Assembly (NCBI GenBank): GCA_041659685.1
Contig: JBAZXV010000002.1
Location: 39,527 to 103,526 of the forward strand
From: Parcubacteria group bacterium
GTDB taxonomy: Bacteria > Patescibacteriota > Minisyncoccia > Moranbacterales > UBA11712
Length of the DNA stretch: 64,000 bases
Direction: 5' to 3'
The notes beneath the pieces are model-generated. The model was given only the letters and a program-made list of their open reading frames with translations. It searched no databases and was not told where the DNA came from. Of the stretch, positions 55,899 through 64,000 are shown one piece after another (the first letter of the stretch is position 1; every line of letters begins with the position of its first letter). Both the position numbers and the translations under genes were made by a program.

Positions 55899-56867
55899 AT
55901 GAGCATATTCTATCCCGTTCAAATATTTTCCGACTGGCTGACGCATTCTGTTTTTGGAATTGCTCAAAATACACTGCTGGCTTCGGCAGTCAATTTCTTC
56001 ATTTTTGACACCATCAAAATTTTCCTGCTTCTGGCTGTGATAATTTTTGCAGTTTCCATTATTCGTTCTTTTCTTCCGCCGGAGAAAATCAGAACAATAC
56101 TTTCCAGCGAAAAAAAATATTTTGGCAATGTTTTGGCTTCGCTCCTTGGAATAATTACTCCGTTTTGCACCTGTTCGGCTATTCCTTTGTTTTTGGGATT
56201 TCTTGAGGCCGGAGTGCCCCTGGGAACAACTTTTTCCTTTCTTGTCGCCTCTCCGATGATAAACGAAGTGGCCCTGGTCTTGCTTTTTGGTCTTTTTGGG
56301 TGGAAAATTACCCTGCTGTATATTTTCAGCGGATTGATAATTTCCATTCTTTCGGGAATTGTCATCGGGCATCTGAAAGTGGAAAATCTCGTTGAAGAAT
56401 TTGTTTATAAGAACAAACAAAGCGGACAATTGAAACTGCCGGAGATGACATGGAAACAGAGAGCGGACTACGCCAGAAATTATACAATCGGAATAATTAA
56501 AAAAGTTTGGATATATGTAATTATCGGAATTGGCATCGGAGCCTGGATTCACGGCTATGTGCCGACTGACTTCCTGGCCCGATACGCGTCTTCGGATAAA
56601 TGGTATGCCGTGCCCTTGGCGGTTTTAGTGGGTATACCGCTCTACTCAAATGCAGCAGGTATAATACCTTTGGTAAGCGTCCTCACGGAGAAGGGGGTAA
56701 GTCTTGGGACGACACTGGCTTTTATGATGGCGGTAACGGGACTCTCGCTTCCGGAATTTATGATTCTTAAAAAGGTAATGAAGCTTAAACTGATTGTCAT
56801 TTTTGCAGGAATTGTGGGGATTGGCATACTTTTCACGGGGTATTTGTTTAATCTAGTATTGCGCTGA
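55899..56867 (+). CDS. arsP: ArsP-like permease (putative organoarsenical efflux permease)
   Basis: Multi-TM protein with the ITPFCTCSAIPLF motif, similar to the TPFCSCS signature of ArsP permeases. Located in an arsR-trx operon. Confidence 0.55.
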   Translation: MSIFYPVQIFSDWLTHSVFGIAQNTLLASAVNFFIFDTIKIFLLLAVIIFAVSIIRSFLPPEKIRTILSSEKKYFGNVLASLLGIITPFCTCSAIPLFLGFLEAGVPLGTTFSFLVASPMINEVALVLLFGLFGWKITLLYIFSGLIISILSGIVIGHLKVENLVEEFVYKNKQSGQLKLPEMTWKQRADYARNYTIGIIKKVWIYVIIGIGIGAWIHGYVPTDFLARYASSDKWYAVPLAVLVGIPLYSNAAGIIPLVSVLTEKGVSLGTTLAFMMAVTGLSLPEFMILKKVMKLKLIVIFAGIVGIGILFTGYLFNLVLR

Positions 56868-57079
56868 AAATCATTTTTAATTTTCGAAAGAGCGCGCCCT
56901 GTTTATTATCCTGCGACGGCTAAATCGCGGCTGTCGCATCAACTTCGAAAAATATTTCTTTGTATAATCCGGGGTTTGGCGGAAACGCGAATATTAAGAT
57001 TAATGAGGCAGGCAAAGCTTTCCGCTTTGCTTCGGTCCATGTTTTTGTAATAAAATAAGAAACATTAAGAATTAAAAAA

Positions 57080-57328
57080 ATGGTGACTTTCTTTGGTATT
57101 ACAGCAGGCGTTCTCAATACAATCAGGCTTTTTCCCCAGGTTTGGAAAAGCTGGAAAACAAAAAAGACCCGGGATCTTTCCGGGTATTTTGTGGCCATTC
57201 TTTTTTTCCAGTCCGTTTTTATTATTCTCTATGGAATCTACAAGCCGGATCATATTATACTTTGGACAAACGTGAGTCCGCTTGTTTGCTCAGTCTTTTT
57301 GGCGAGATTCAAAATAAAGTATAAATAA
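57080..57328 (+). CDS. SemiSWEET (PQ-loop/MtN3) sugar transporter, 3-TM
   Basis: 82 aa. PQ-loop motif RLFPQVWKSWKTKKTRDLS. Confidence 0.65.
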   Translation: MVTFFGITAGVLNTIRLFPQVWKSWKTKKTRDLSGYFVAILFFQSVFIILYGIYKPDHIILWTNVSPLVCSVFLARFKIKYK

Positions 57329-57364
57329 TATTCTTCAGGCGAAAAATCCTCAGGAAGTTGTTTT

Positions 57365-58375
57365 TTACTGAGTGTTGTTGAGAACTTCTTTAGCCGCCTT
57401 CCAAAATTCGGGGCGGTTCTGTTTTGTTTTCAGCCAATACCACCATTCGGCGCCCCAAAGATAATTTTCGGGAAAACCGACTTGTTCGGCGTAAGAAATA
57501 TTTTCCTGAAACTGAGCGAGGTTCATTGATTTTTCCTGCTCTTCAAGTGTGAGATCATAAATCAGCTTCGGCCCCCACGGTTCGGCCTGGAGTTCAGAAA
57601 CAACAATCGGTTTTTCAGGGTTGAACAAATGGACAACATTGGCTTTGAACCAGAAAAATCTGGGCGGCAAAGGGTAATGAAAATAGCCTCCGGCTTTGGG
57701 GCTATAAATAACGCGGTACATTGTCGTCCCGAAAATATCCGCTCGATTGGCGGCCGGCACCCAAATAGAAAGTTCGCCGCTGTCGGTCACCATGATTTTG
57801 TGGTTCGGATCTGCTTCACGGACAAGCGCCACTTCCCGGTCCAGGAAGTTTTTATCCGTTATTGCGCATTCTCCAAACGAAAGGAAGGGTTCATTGTCCA
57901 CTTGCCAGAGATAAAGGTTGGGGATATCCCGATACCGCTTTACGGATTCGGACATGAAGTTTATTAAATCATCCTCTTTCTCATTTTCAGGAAGTTTATC
58001 CGTCCAGACCGGAGCATGGCATTCCGGCCATCGGGGAAGCTTCCGTCCCGCGACCAAAATCAATTCAACATCCCGTTTTTTCGCTTCTTCAATCATCCAA
58101 TCATAATCAGCAAAATTATATTTTCCCGCCTGAGACTCAATATCCTGCCAGTAAAGGGGGAGGCGGACCCTTTTTACGCCGAGGTCATCAAGAACGGCAA
58201 GATAATTTTCCCGCCAGTCGAGCCCCATTTCCGTCGAAAAAGGTTTTGAAAAAGCGACGCCCCATTTAATGTCGTCGGGATTATCGGCGAGCCCGGTTGG
58301 CCTTCTGATAAGATAAAGAAACGCCAGCGCAAAAACGGCGAGAATAATAATTGTTTTTTTGAACCCTATTTTCAT
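57365..58375 (-). CDS. Secreted glycoside hydrolase, TIM-barrel GH5-like (clan GH-A)
   Basis: N-terminal signal/anchor. WQVDNEPF contains the NEP acid/base motif of clan GH-A. Confidence 0.5.
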   Translation of the reverse strand: MKIGFKKTIIILAVFALAFLYLIRRPTGLADNPDDIKWGVAFSKPFSTEMGLDWRENYLAVLDDLGVKRVRLPLYWQDIESQAGKYNFADYDWMIEEAKKRDVELILVAGRKLPRWPECHAPVWTDKLPENEKEDDLINFMSESVKRYRDIPNLYLWQVDNEPFLSFGECAITDKNFLDREVALVREADPNHKIMVTDSGELSIWVPAANRADIFGTTMYRVIYSPKAGGYFHYPLPPRFFWFKANVVHLFNPEKPIVVSELQAEPWGPKLIYDLTLEEQEKSMNLAQFQENISYAEQVGFPENYLWGAEWWYWLKTKQNRPEFWKAAKEVLNNTQ

Positions 58376-58398
58376 ATTTTTTTATTTAAGAGTGTTTT

Positions 58399-59295
58399 TT
58401 AAAGAAAAACGAGGATTGTTCCGGCGGTAATCAGGGCTATCCCGGCGGCCTTGGAAAAAACATTTGCGAAACTTTTATGCCGAATGAATACTTTTCTGAA
58501 GTAAAAAGACATTCCGAAAGCGAAAACGAAGGTCAGAAGATACTGTACGGAAACAAGCGCGCTGACCACAGCGACGCTTCCAAGGAAAATTCCATAATTA
58601 ATGAGCAGCATCCCTATTCCCGCGATAGTTTTGGCCGTTATTGTTCCGAACAGATTGACAAGGCTGCGTTTTACGGATTTTCTTTTCCAATTGGCGCGTA
58701 TCTCTTTTCGGAAAGAAGGGAGTACGAGAGACAAAAGAGCGCCGGAAAAAATTCCGAGCCGGTTGAAAACATAGCCCGCCAGAAAATTTTGCCCGTTATA
58801 AGAATATTTGAGCATCACGAGGGAAATCGACGAGAGGAGAGCGGCCAGAAGCACCATCTGCCATCCTGAAAAAAATCTTTTCCTGTAGAATTTAAAAGAA
58901 ATAAAAAAACCTCCGGCGACGAGGAGAAGAATGGCGATTAATATCAGCTGATGAATTTGTTCATGGAGAAAAAGGAAGCAAAAAAGCAGAGTAAGGAGCG
59001 TTATCGCCGCTCCCTGCAGAGTATAAACTCTTTCAGCTGATGACCGGAGGAGAGCGCTGAAGAGAAGCCCCAGCGAGACATAGAAAATAATTCCGGAGGA
59101 ATAGGTTATTAAAAAAGGAGTCAAGCCGCCCCACTTGAGACCGAAAGGAGAGAGCGCGACAGTAAAAAGAGAAAAAAAACCGGTATAGAAAGTATAGAGG
59201 CGCCAACCCTTGAGTCTTCCGGCCAGAAGATATTTACTGATGATCGCTTCGACTGCGAGAAGCGCGTATCCCGAAATGGCGAACGAAATCCACAT
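58399..59295 (-). CDS. Integral membrane transporter, DMT/EamA-like
   Basis: About 10 TM helices in two halves. No catalytic motifs. Confidence 0.4.
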   Translation of the reverse strand: MWISFAISGYALLAVEAIISKYLLAGRLKGWRLYTFYTGFFSLFTVALSPFGLKWGGLTPFLITYSSGIIFYVSLGLLFSALLRSSAERVYTLQGAAITLLTLLFCFLFLHEQIHQLILIAILLLVAGGFFISFKFYRKRFFSGWQMVLLAALLSSISLVMLKYSYNGQNFLAGYVFNRLGIFSGALLSLVLPSFRKEIRANWKRKSVKRSLVNLFGTITAKTIAGIGMLLINYGIFLGSVAVVSALVSVQYLLTFVFAFGMSFYFRKVFIRHKSFANVFSKAAGIALITAGTILVFL

Positions 59296-59425
59296 ATGAT
59301 TTAATCTTTGATATTTATTTTATCCGTTTGCTGCAATGCGTCAGCGCATTGCAACAGGATTGACTCTGTCTTTTTGCGCTAAATTGGAAGAATTTCCCTG
59401 AAAATCTCATCAAAAGAATAAAAAA

Positions 59426-60697
59426 TTACGGTTCAGCGCGGGGAGTCAGTTTGTTTTCTTTGCAAATTTTCGCGAATTCATACGCGCTGGGACGAATTCT
59501 GCGTTCCATGGTTTTATAGTCCACTTCAATGAGTCCGAATCGCGGCCAAAAACCGCGCACTTCCGGCATTTCAAAGTTATCCAAGAATGACCAGTAAAGA
59601 TAACCTCTCACATCCACTCCGTCTTGGATGGCCCGGTGAATCCAATAAAGATGTTCCTTCACAAATCTTTCCCGTTGAACATCCGCGGAGTCCGCCAATC
59701 CGTTTTCGGTAATATAAATCGGGAGATTGTATTTATGGATTTTTTTCAGGACATGATAAATTCCCTTTGGACAGATCTCCCAACCGAGGTCCGTTTTATC
59801 CTTCAGGGGAATTTTTCTCTCCCTATGAGCGACTATGATTCTGATGTAATAGTTATAGCCTATAAAGTCCAGGTAACCCTTGGATCTTTTGAGAAAAAAA
59901 TTACTGAAACCGCTCAGAAAAGAGGCTAATAATTTATTGATGGGTTTCCATATTTCAACTTGGAAAAAAACTGCGCTATGCGCGAAGCCCGCCTTGGATT
60001 TTGGACTGATATTGTGAATAATTCCATATGATTTTTTGTAGGCTTTCAGCAGATTAAAGTATGCTTTCAGAAAATAGAAAGGGTTCTTTTTTCCGGGCGG
60101 TTGGGTGCCTAACAAATAACTGAATCCCGTGTAAACATTGGGCTCGTTTATCACAAGCCAGAATCTCACGTCTTCTCCCAAAGATCTCAATATCTTTTCA
60201 ATGTATCTTTCGAAGAATGACACTGATTTTTTTGAAACCCATCCTCCTTTTTCATTGAACCAGACGGGATTAGTGAAATGCCAAAGCGTCACGAACGGTT
60301 CCATACCGCGCGCGCGGATCGCACGGATGACTTTTCGGTAGTGTTCTATTTCGTGTTCGTCGAACTCTCCTTCTTTGGGCTCGATTCGCGACCATTCGAT
60401 GGAAATGCGGAAGGCATTCATGTTCAACGATTCAGCAATATCAAAATCTTTCTCGTAGCGGTTATAATGTTCGCAGGCGCGGCCGGAAATATAATTTTCG
60501 GGATCAAACATTTCGGGAAATTTTTCTTGCTGCCAGCGCGCCCATTTCGTTTTTGCTTTGCCGGCAAGGCGCTTTGCGTTTTCCTTTTCCCACTCCGTCC
60601 AATCATTCATATTTCCTCCTTCGACTTGGTGGGCCGAAATCGCCGCCCCCCAAAGGAATCCTTTCGGAAATCGCAAAGATTTATTTTTATCTTCCAT
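59426..60697 (-). CDS. bglA: Glycoside hydrolase family 1 beta-glucosidase
   Basis: Acid/base LVINEPNV (NEP) and nucleophile YITENG. N-terminal FLWGAAISAHQVEG. Confidence 0.85.
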   Translation of the reverse strand: MEDKNKSLRFPKGFLWGAAISAHQVEGGNMNDWTEWEKENAKRLAGKAKTKWARWQQEKFPEMFDPENYISGRACEHYNRYEKDFDIAESLNMNAFRISIEWSRIEPKEGEFDEHEIEHYRKVIRAIRARGMEPFVTLWHFTNPVWFNEKGGWVSKKSVSFFERYIEKILRSLGEDVRFWLVINEPNVYTGFSYLLGTQPPGKKNPFYFLKAYFNLLKAYKKSYGIIHNISPKSKAGFAHSAVFFQVEIWKPINKLLASFLSGFSNFFLKRSKGYLDFIGYNYYIRIIVAHRERKIPLKDKTDLGWEICPKGIYHVLKKIHKYNLPIYITENGLADSADVQRERFVKEHLYWIHRAIQDGVDVRGYLYWSFLDNFEMPEVRGFWPRFGLIEVDYKTMERRIRPSAYEFAKICKENKLTPRAEP

Positions 60698-60789
60698 ACT
60701 CTAATTTTATCACAAATGAGGATATTCAGGTATTAAGAGGTTATTTTGTGCTATAATTCAAATAAGGCTAAAATTAATGCCAAAAATAT

Positions 60790-61527
60790 ATGAAACAAAA
60801 AGAAAACGGACCATCCCAAAGCAATAGTATTCCGGCTTCTCCTCAAAAAAACAGCAATAAGACGCTTTTTTGGATATTGGGCGGATGCCTGGCGCTGTTT
60901 ATAATAACCATACTTGTTGTCGGGGGACTGGTTTTTTGGGGGTATAAGAAAATTAATCGGGCAGCCGATTATAATAAACGCCAAATTGAAGAGCGGCAAA
61001 ACGAGATGAATAAACCAAAAGAGAGTCCGCAAAGCATAAGCGAGCCGGCGCCGAAGGTTATCAGCGAAGAGCCGCAGATCAATTCCGGCGGGGCGCAAAG
61101 CGCAGAGGGCGCGCAGCCTTTTGCAGGGGAAAGACAAATCGGATACATCAAAAAAGTTTACGCAAAAAACGGCGTTGATTATATTGATATAGATTATATC
61201 CAATGGCTTACGGGAACGGAAGCGGAGAAAGCCATGCGCGAGGACGGTGAATGCCCGAAAACGGGAGAATGCGTCGTGCTGGACGATTATTATATCCGAA
61301 ACGTCAATTCTCTGATTCGCACTTTTGAAATTGCGGCGGATGCGGAAATTACAATGCAAACTTATTCAATGGAGAAAACCGGGAAAATTCAGCCCGAAAA
61401 AATAAGTTTTGACCAGTTGAGCCGTCTGTTTGCGCCAAGCGCGGATCCAAGATTTAAAGATGTTCCCTATATTGTCGAAATCAGCAGCAATAAAATCACA
61501 AAAATAAACGAGCAATACATTCCCTGA
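60790..61527 (+). CDS. Membrane-anchored or secreted hypothetical protein
   Basis: N-terminal TM helix LFWILGGCLALFIITILVVGGLVFW. Ser/Pro-rich linker. Cys-containing C-terminal domain. Confidence 0.4.
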   Translation: MKQKENGPSQSNSIPASPQKNSNKTLFWILGGCLALFIITILVVGGLVFWGYKKINRAADYNKRQIEERQNEMNKPKESPQSISEPAPKVISEEPQINSGGAQSAEGAQPFAGERQIGYIKKVYAKNGVDYIDIDYIQWLTGTEAEKAMREDGECPKTGECVVLDDYYIRNVNSLIRTFEIAADAEITMQTYSMEKTGKIQPEKISFDQLSRLFAPSADPRFKDVPYIVEISSNKITKINEQYIP

Positions 61528-61679
61528 TGCGGCGGTGGCACTCCAAAAAAATCCGGGTTTGATATTTAGGCTTGCGGCGGCCAGGAGCGGGAGATGCATA
61601 GACAGATTATCAAGTATTTGGGATAATTATTTCAGATAAATTTTAAGTTGGAGGCCGGTCCTCCTTTTATTTAATAAAA

Positions 61680-63206
61680 ATGAAAAACATTCAAATTCTA
61701 ATCGTGGATATGGGGTCGCAATACACTTTGGTCATCGGAAGAACGCTCAGAGAGATGGGATACCGGAGCGCGATTTTGTCTCCGGGAAAAACTGAAGGCT
61801 GGCTCAAATCCAATAAACCAAGCGCAATTATCCTGTCAGGCGGGAGCGCGAGCGTCTATGAAGAAAATTCTCCGCAGCCCCCCAAAAATATCTTTAAAAT
61901 AAATGTTCCTGTTCTGGGCGTGTGCTATGGCATGCAATGGATCGCGCACACCGGGGGCGGCCGGGTCATCTCACACCATGAGCGAAAAGAATATGGTGAA
62001 GCGACAGCAGAGTTTGACACAAAAGACCTCTTGTTCCATGGCATAAAAAAGAAAAGTGTGGTTTGGGCAAGTCATGGAGACAGCGTGGAAAAAGTGCCGG
62101 ATGGATTCAAGGTAATTGCCAGATCCGGGGATGGGAAAATAATCGAAGCCATGAGCAGTCCGGCAAAAAAAATATGGGGCGTTCAATTTCATCCCGAGGT
62201 TACGCATTCCAGGGAAGGCAAAAAAGTTTTGATTAACTTTATCGAACGAATCGCAAGATGTGAAAAAGATTGGCAGCCGGCAGACATGATTAACGACATT
62301 CGAAATGAAGTTTCGAAAGCGATGCAAACTAAAAAGGCCATTATTGGCTTTAGCGGCGGAGTTGATTCAACAGCGCTTTCGGCCGTCATTGCGCCGGTCT
62401 CCGGGAAAAATCTCTTGGCCGTCTGCATCGATACGGGAGGACTCCGCAGAAATGAACTCGAAGAAATAAAATTTAATGCCCAGGCGGCAGGCGTAAAACT
62501 GAAAATCGTAAAAGCCTCAGATCGGTTTCAAAAAGCAATCGGGAAGCAGACCCATTCGGAACTGAAGCGCAAAAATTTCAAAAAAATTTACGGCCGTATT
62601 TTTGAGGAAGAAGCCAGGAAGTTCAAAGCTGATTTCATTGTGCAGGGGAGTCTTGCCACCGATCTTATCGAATCGGGATCCGCCGGAAAAGCCGACCTTA
62701 TAAAATCACACCACAACGTGGGGCTTAATCTTAAAGTGAAGGAATTGCATCCATTCCGAAATCTCTTTAAGTATGAAGTGCGGGAACTGGCGCGGTCGCT
62801 CAAGCTTCCGCAGTCCGTTTCGGGAAGGCAGCCCTTTCCGGGCCCGGGTCTTTTCATCCGAGTAATTGGAGAACCGCCGACAAAAGACAGGCTTGAAATT
62901 GTCCGTTGGGCGGACGGTGAGGTAACCGATATTCTCAAAAAACATAAGGTCTATCAGGGTGTTTCCCAGCTCATCGTGGCGCTGGACTGCCAGCGGACAG
63001 TCGGTATCAAGGGTGATGGGCGCGTCTATGCCTATTCAGTTATTGTGCGCGGAGTGAAAACTCTGGATTTTATGACCGCCGAAGGTTATCAATTTTCAGC
63101 CGATGTCCGGCGTGAGATATCAAACTCCGTCACCAAGCATCCAAGGATTGTCCGTGTCTTTTTCGACGAAACCAATAAGCCGCCGGCGACGACGGAGATG
63201 GAGTAA
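61680..63206 (+). CDS. guaA: GMP synthase (glutamine-hydrolysing)
   Basis: GATase catalytic Cys block GVCYGMQ. ATP-PPase P-loop GFSGGVDS. C-terminal dimerisation domain. Confidence 0.9.
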   Translation: MKNIQILIVDMGSQYTLVIGRTLREMGYRSAILSPGKTEGWLKSNKPSAIILSGGSASVYEENSPQPPKNIFKINVPVLGVCYGMQWIAHTGGGRVISHHERKEYGEATAEFDTKDLLFHGIKKKSVVWASHGDSVEKVPDGFKVIARSGDGKIIEAMSSPAKKIWGVQFHPEVTHSREGKKVLINFIERIARCEKDWQPADMINDIRNEVSKAMQTKKAIIGFSGGVDSTALSAVIAPVSGKNLLAVCIDTGGLRRNELEEIKFNAQAAGVKLKIVKASDRFQKAIGKQTHSELKRKNFKKIYGRIFEEEARKFKADFIVQGSLATDLIESGSAGKADLIKSHHNVGLNLKVKELHPFRNLFKYEVRELARSLKLPQSVSGRQPFPGPGLFIRVIGEPPTKDRLEIVRWADGEVTDILKKHKVYQGVSQLIVALDCQRTVGIKGDGRVYAYSVIVRGVKTLDFMTAEGYQFSADVRREISNSVTKHPRIVRVFFDETNKPPATTEME

Positions 63207-63209
63207 AAA

Positions 63210-64000
63210 ATGAATTTATCACTTCTCGAAAAACTGAAAAAGTGGCAAAACGAGCGGGCGCGGCGGGATAATATCGAAGCCTATCGCGTTTTGCCTTATT
63301 TGACGCTGGAAGAAATCGCGAGGCGTGAGCCCCGGACATCTGCGGAACTTCTTGAAGTCAAAGGAATTAAAGAAAAGAAAATGGCGCGGTACGGAAAGGA
63401 AATTCTGGCGATTGTGAATGAAGCGCCGGATGATCAAGGCTTGACCTTTCTCCCCCCGACGTTACGTCGGGGTTCCTCAAGGTCGAACCTTGCAGACGAC
63501 AATATTTTTGAAGTCGGGGAATATTTGGATTTTTTGAATCTGAAGCTCCTTGACGCCGAGGCGAAAATAAAAGGAGAAGTGTCCAGTGTTGAAAATCGGG
63601 GAAACTATATTTTTTTTGGGATAAAGGATAAAGAGAACGAAAGCCTTTTGAATTGTTTTATCTGGGGAAATGACTATCGGATCAGCGGCGTAGAGCTTGA
63701 AGAGGGAATGGAAGTCGTCATCTGGGGCTATCCAAATGTGTATAAACCGAGCGGGAGACTTTCATTTCAAACCAAACTCATTGAAATTGTGGGAGAAGGA
63801 GCGCTTAAAAAAGCCTATGACGAGCTGAAAAGAAAGCTGGAAAGTGAGGGTGTGTTTGCGCCGGAGCGAAAAAAAATAATTCCCGATTTTTCCCATAAAA
63901 TAGGGCTTATCACATCACATCAGGGCGCAGCGATCGGAGATTTCACGTCTAATCTGGGAAGTTACGGTTTTCAGATAAAATTCTATGACACCCGAGTGGA
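63210..64000 (+). CDS. xseA: Exodeoxyribonuclease VII large subunit with an N-terminal HRDC-like domain; 3'-truncated by the window end
   Basis: ORF is open to the window end. The XseA OB-fold/catalytic block is NYIFFGIKDKENESLLNCFIWG...VVIWGYPNVYKPSGRLSFQ...IGLITSHQGAAIGDF. It is preceded by IEAYRVLPYLTLEEIARREPRTSAELLEVKGIKEKKMARYGKEILAIV, an HRDC consensus. Confidence 0.7.
   Translation, partial: MNLSLLEKLKKWQNERARRDNIEAYRVLPYLTLEEIARREPRTSAELLEVKGIKEKKMARYGKEILAIVNEAPDDQGLTFLPPTLRRGSSRSNLADDNIFEVGEYLDFLNLKLLDAEAKIKGEVSSVENRGNYIFFGIKDKENESLLNCFIWGNDYRISGVELEEGMEVVIWGYPNVYKPSGRLSFQTKLIEIVGEGALKKAYDELKRKLESEGVFAPERKKIIPDFSHKIGLITSHQGAAIGDFTSNLGSYGFQIKFYDTRV

Overview
This 64-kb window is a mosaic of AT-rich (~33% GC) backbone and GC-richer (~47-50%) patches, dominated by mobile-element and defence functions. 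Standard code is assumed: TGA ends several well-defined genes, for example the mod gene at 11177-11179 and hsdR at 29047-29049.

Left third (1-18.3 kb): a probable integrative element or tandem elements.
- A nonsense-disrupted XerC/D-like integrase fragment lies at the window start. An intact paralog lies at 16891-17814.
- Each copy is followed by a homologous ~60-bp site with a palindromic core, ATGACC-N4-GGTCAT.
- Cargo includes a zinc-ribbon membrane trypsin-like protease, a CHC2-primase/AAA_25-helicase module and two further tyrosine integrases.
- It also carries a Type III R-M system (mod, an inserted small gene, res), a HEPN/AbiU2-like gene and a GC-rich phage terminase-small-subunit remnant.

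Middle (19.3-29.6 kb): a Type I R-M operon, hsdM-hsdS-[insert]-hsdR-DUF45.
- Four genes are wedged between hsdS and hsdR: a PIN-like/zinc-ribbon protein, two adjacent class-III nucleotidyl-cyclase-homology proteins and a small 3-TM protein.
- I read these as a Pycsar-like cyclic-nucleotide defence cassette with an unusual duplicated cyclase and a sensor-less TM effector.

Right half, named genes:
- An alpha/beta hydrolase cluster with two apparent -1 frameshifts, mltG, a second small integrase element, hisG and P-loop kinases.
- A Fic toxin cassette bounded by ~112-bp direct repeats, a CPA2 antiporter and a 1358-aa giant protein with a C-terminal Pol-beta-type nucleotidyltransferase domain.
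- DUF218, deoxyhypusine-synthase-like, an arsR-trx-arsP operon, SemiSWEET, two glycoside hydrolases (GH1 and GH5-like), a DMT transporter, guaA and a partial xseA carrying an N-terminal HRDC domain.

Right half, repeats:
- Five copies (one partial) of a ~105-170-nt repeated element sit in intergenic regions of the right half.
- They have conserved ends (TTTCTAGGGAGATACGGTG ... GGACAACCGCAAAAGTTTGC) and hairpins that co-vary between copies. This suggests a structured RNA or mobile repeat family.

No rRNA, tRNA or CRISPR array was recognised.
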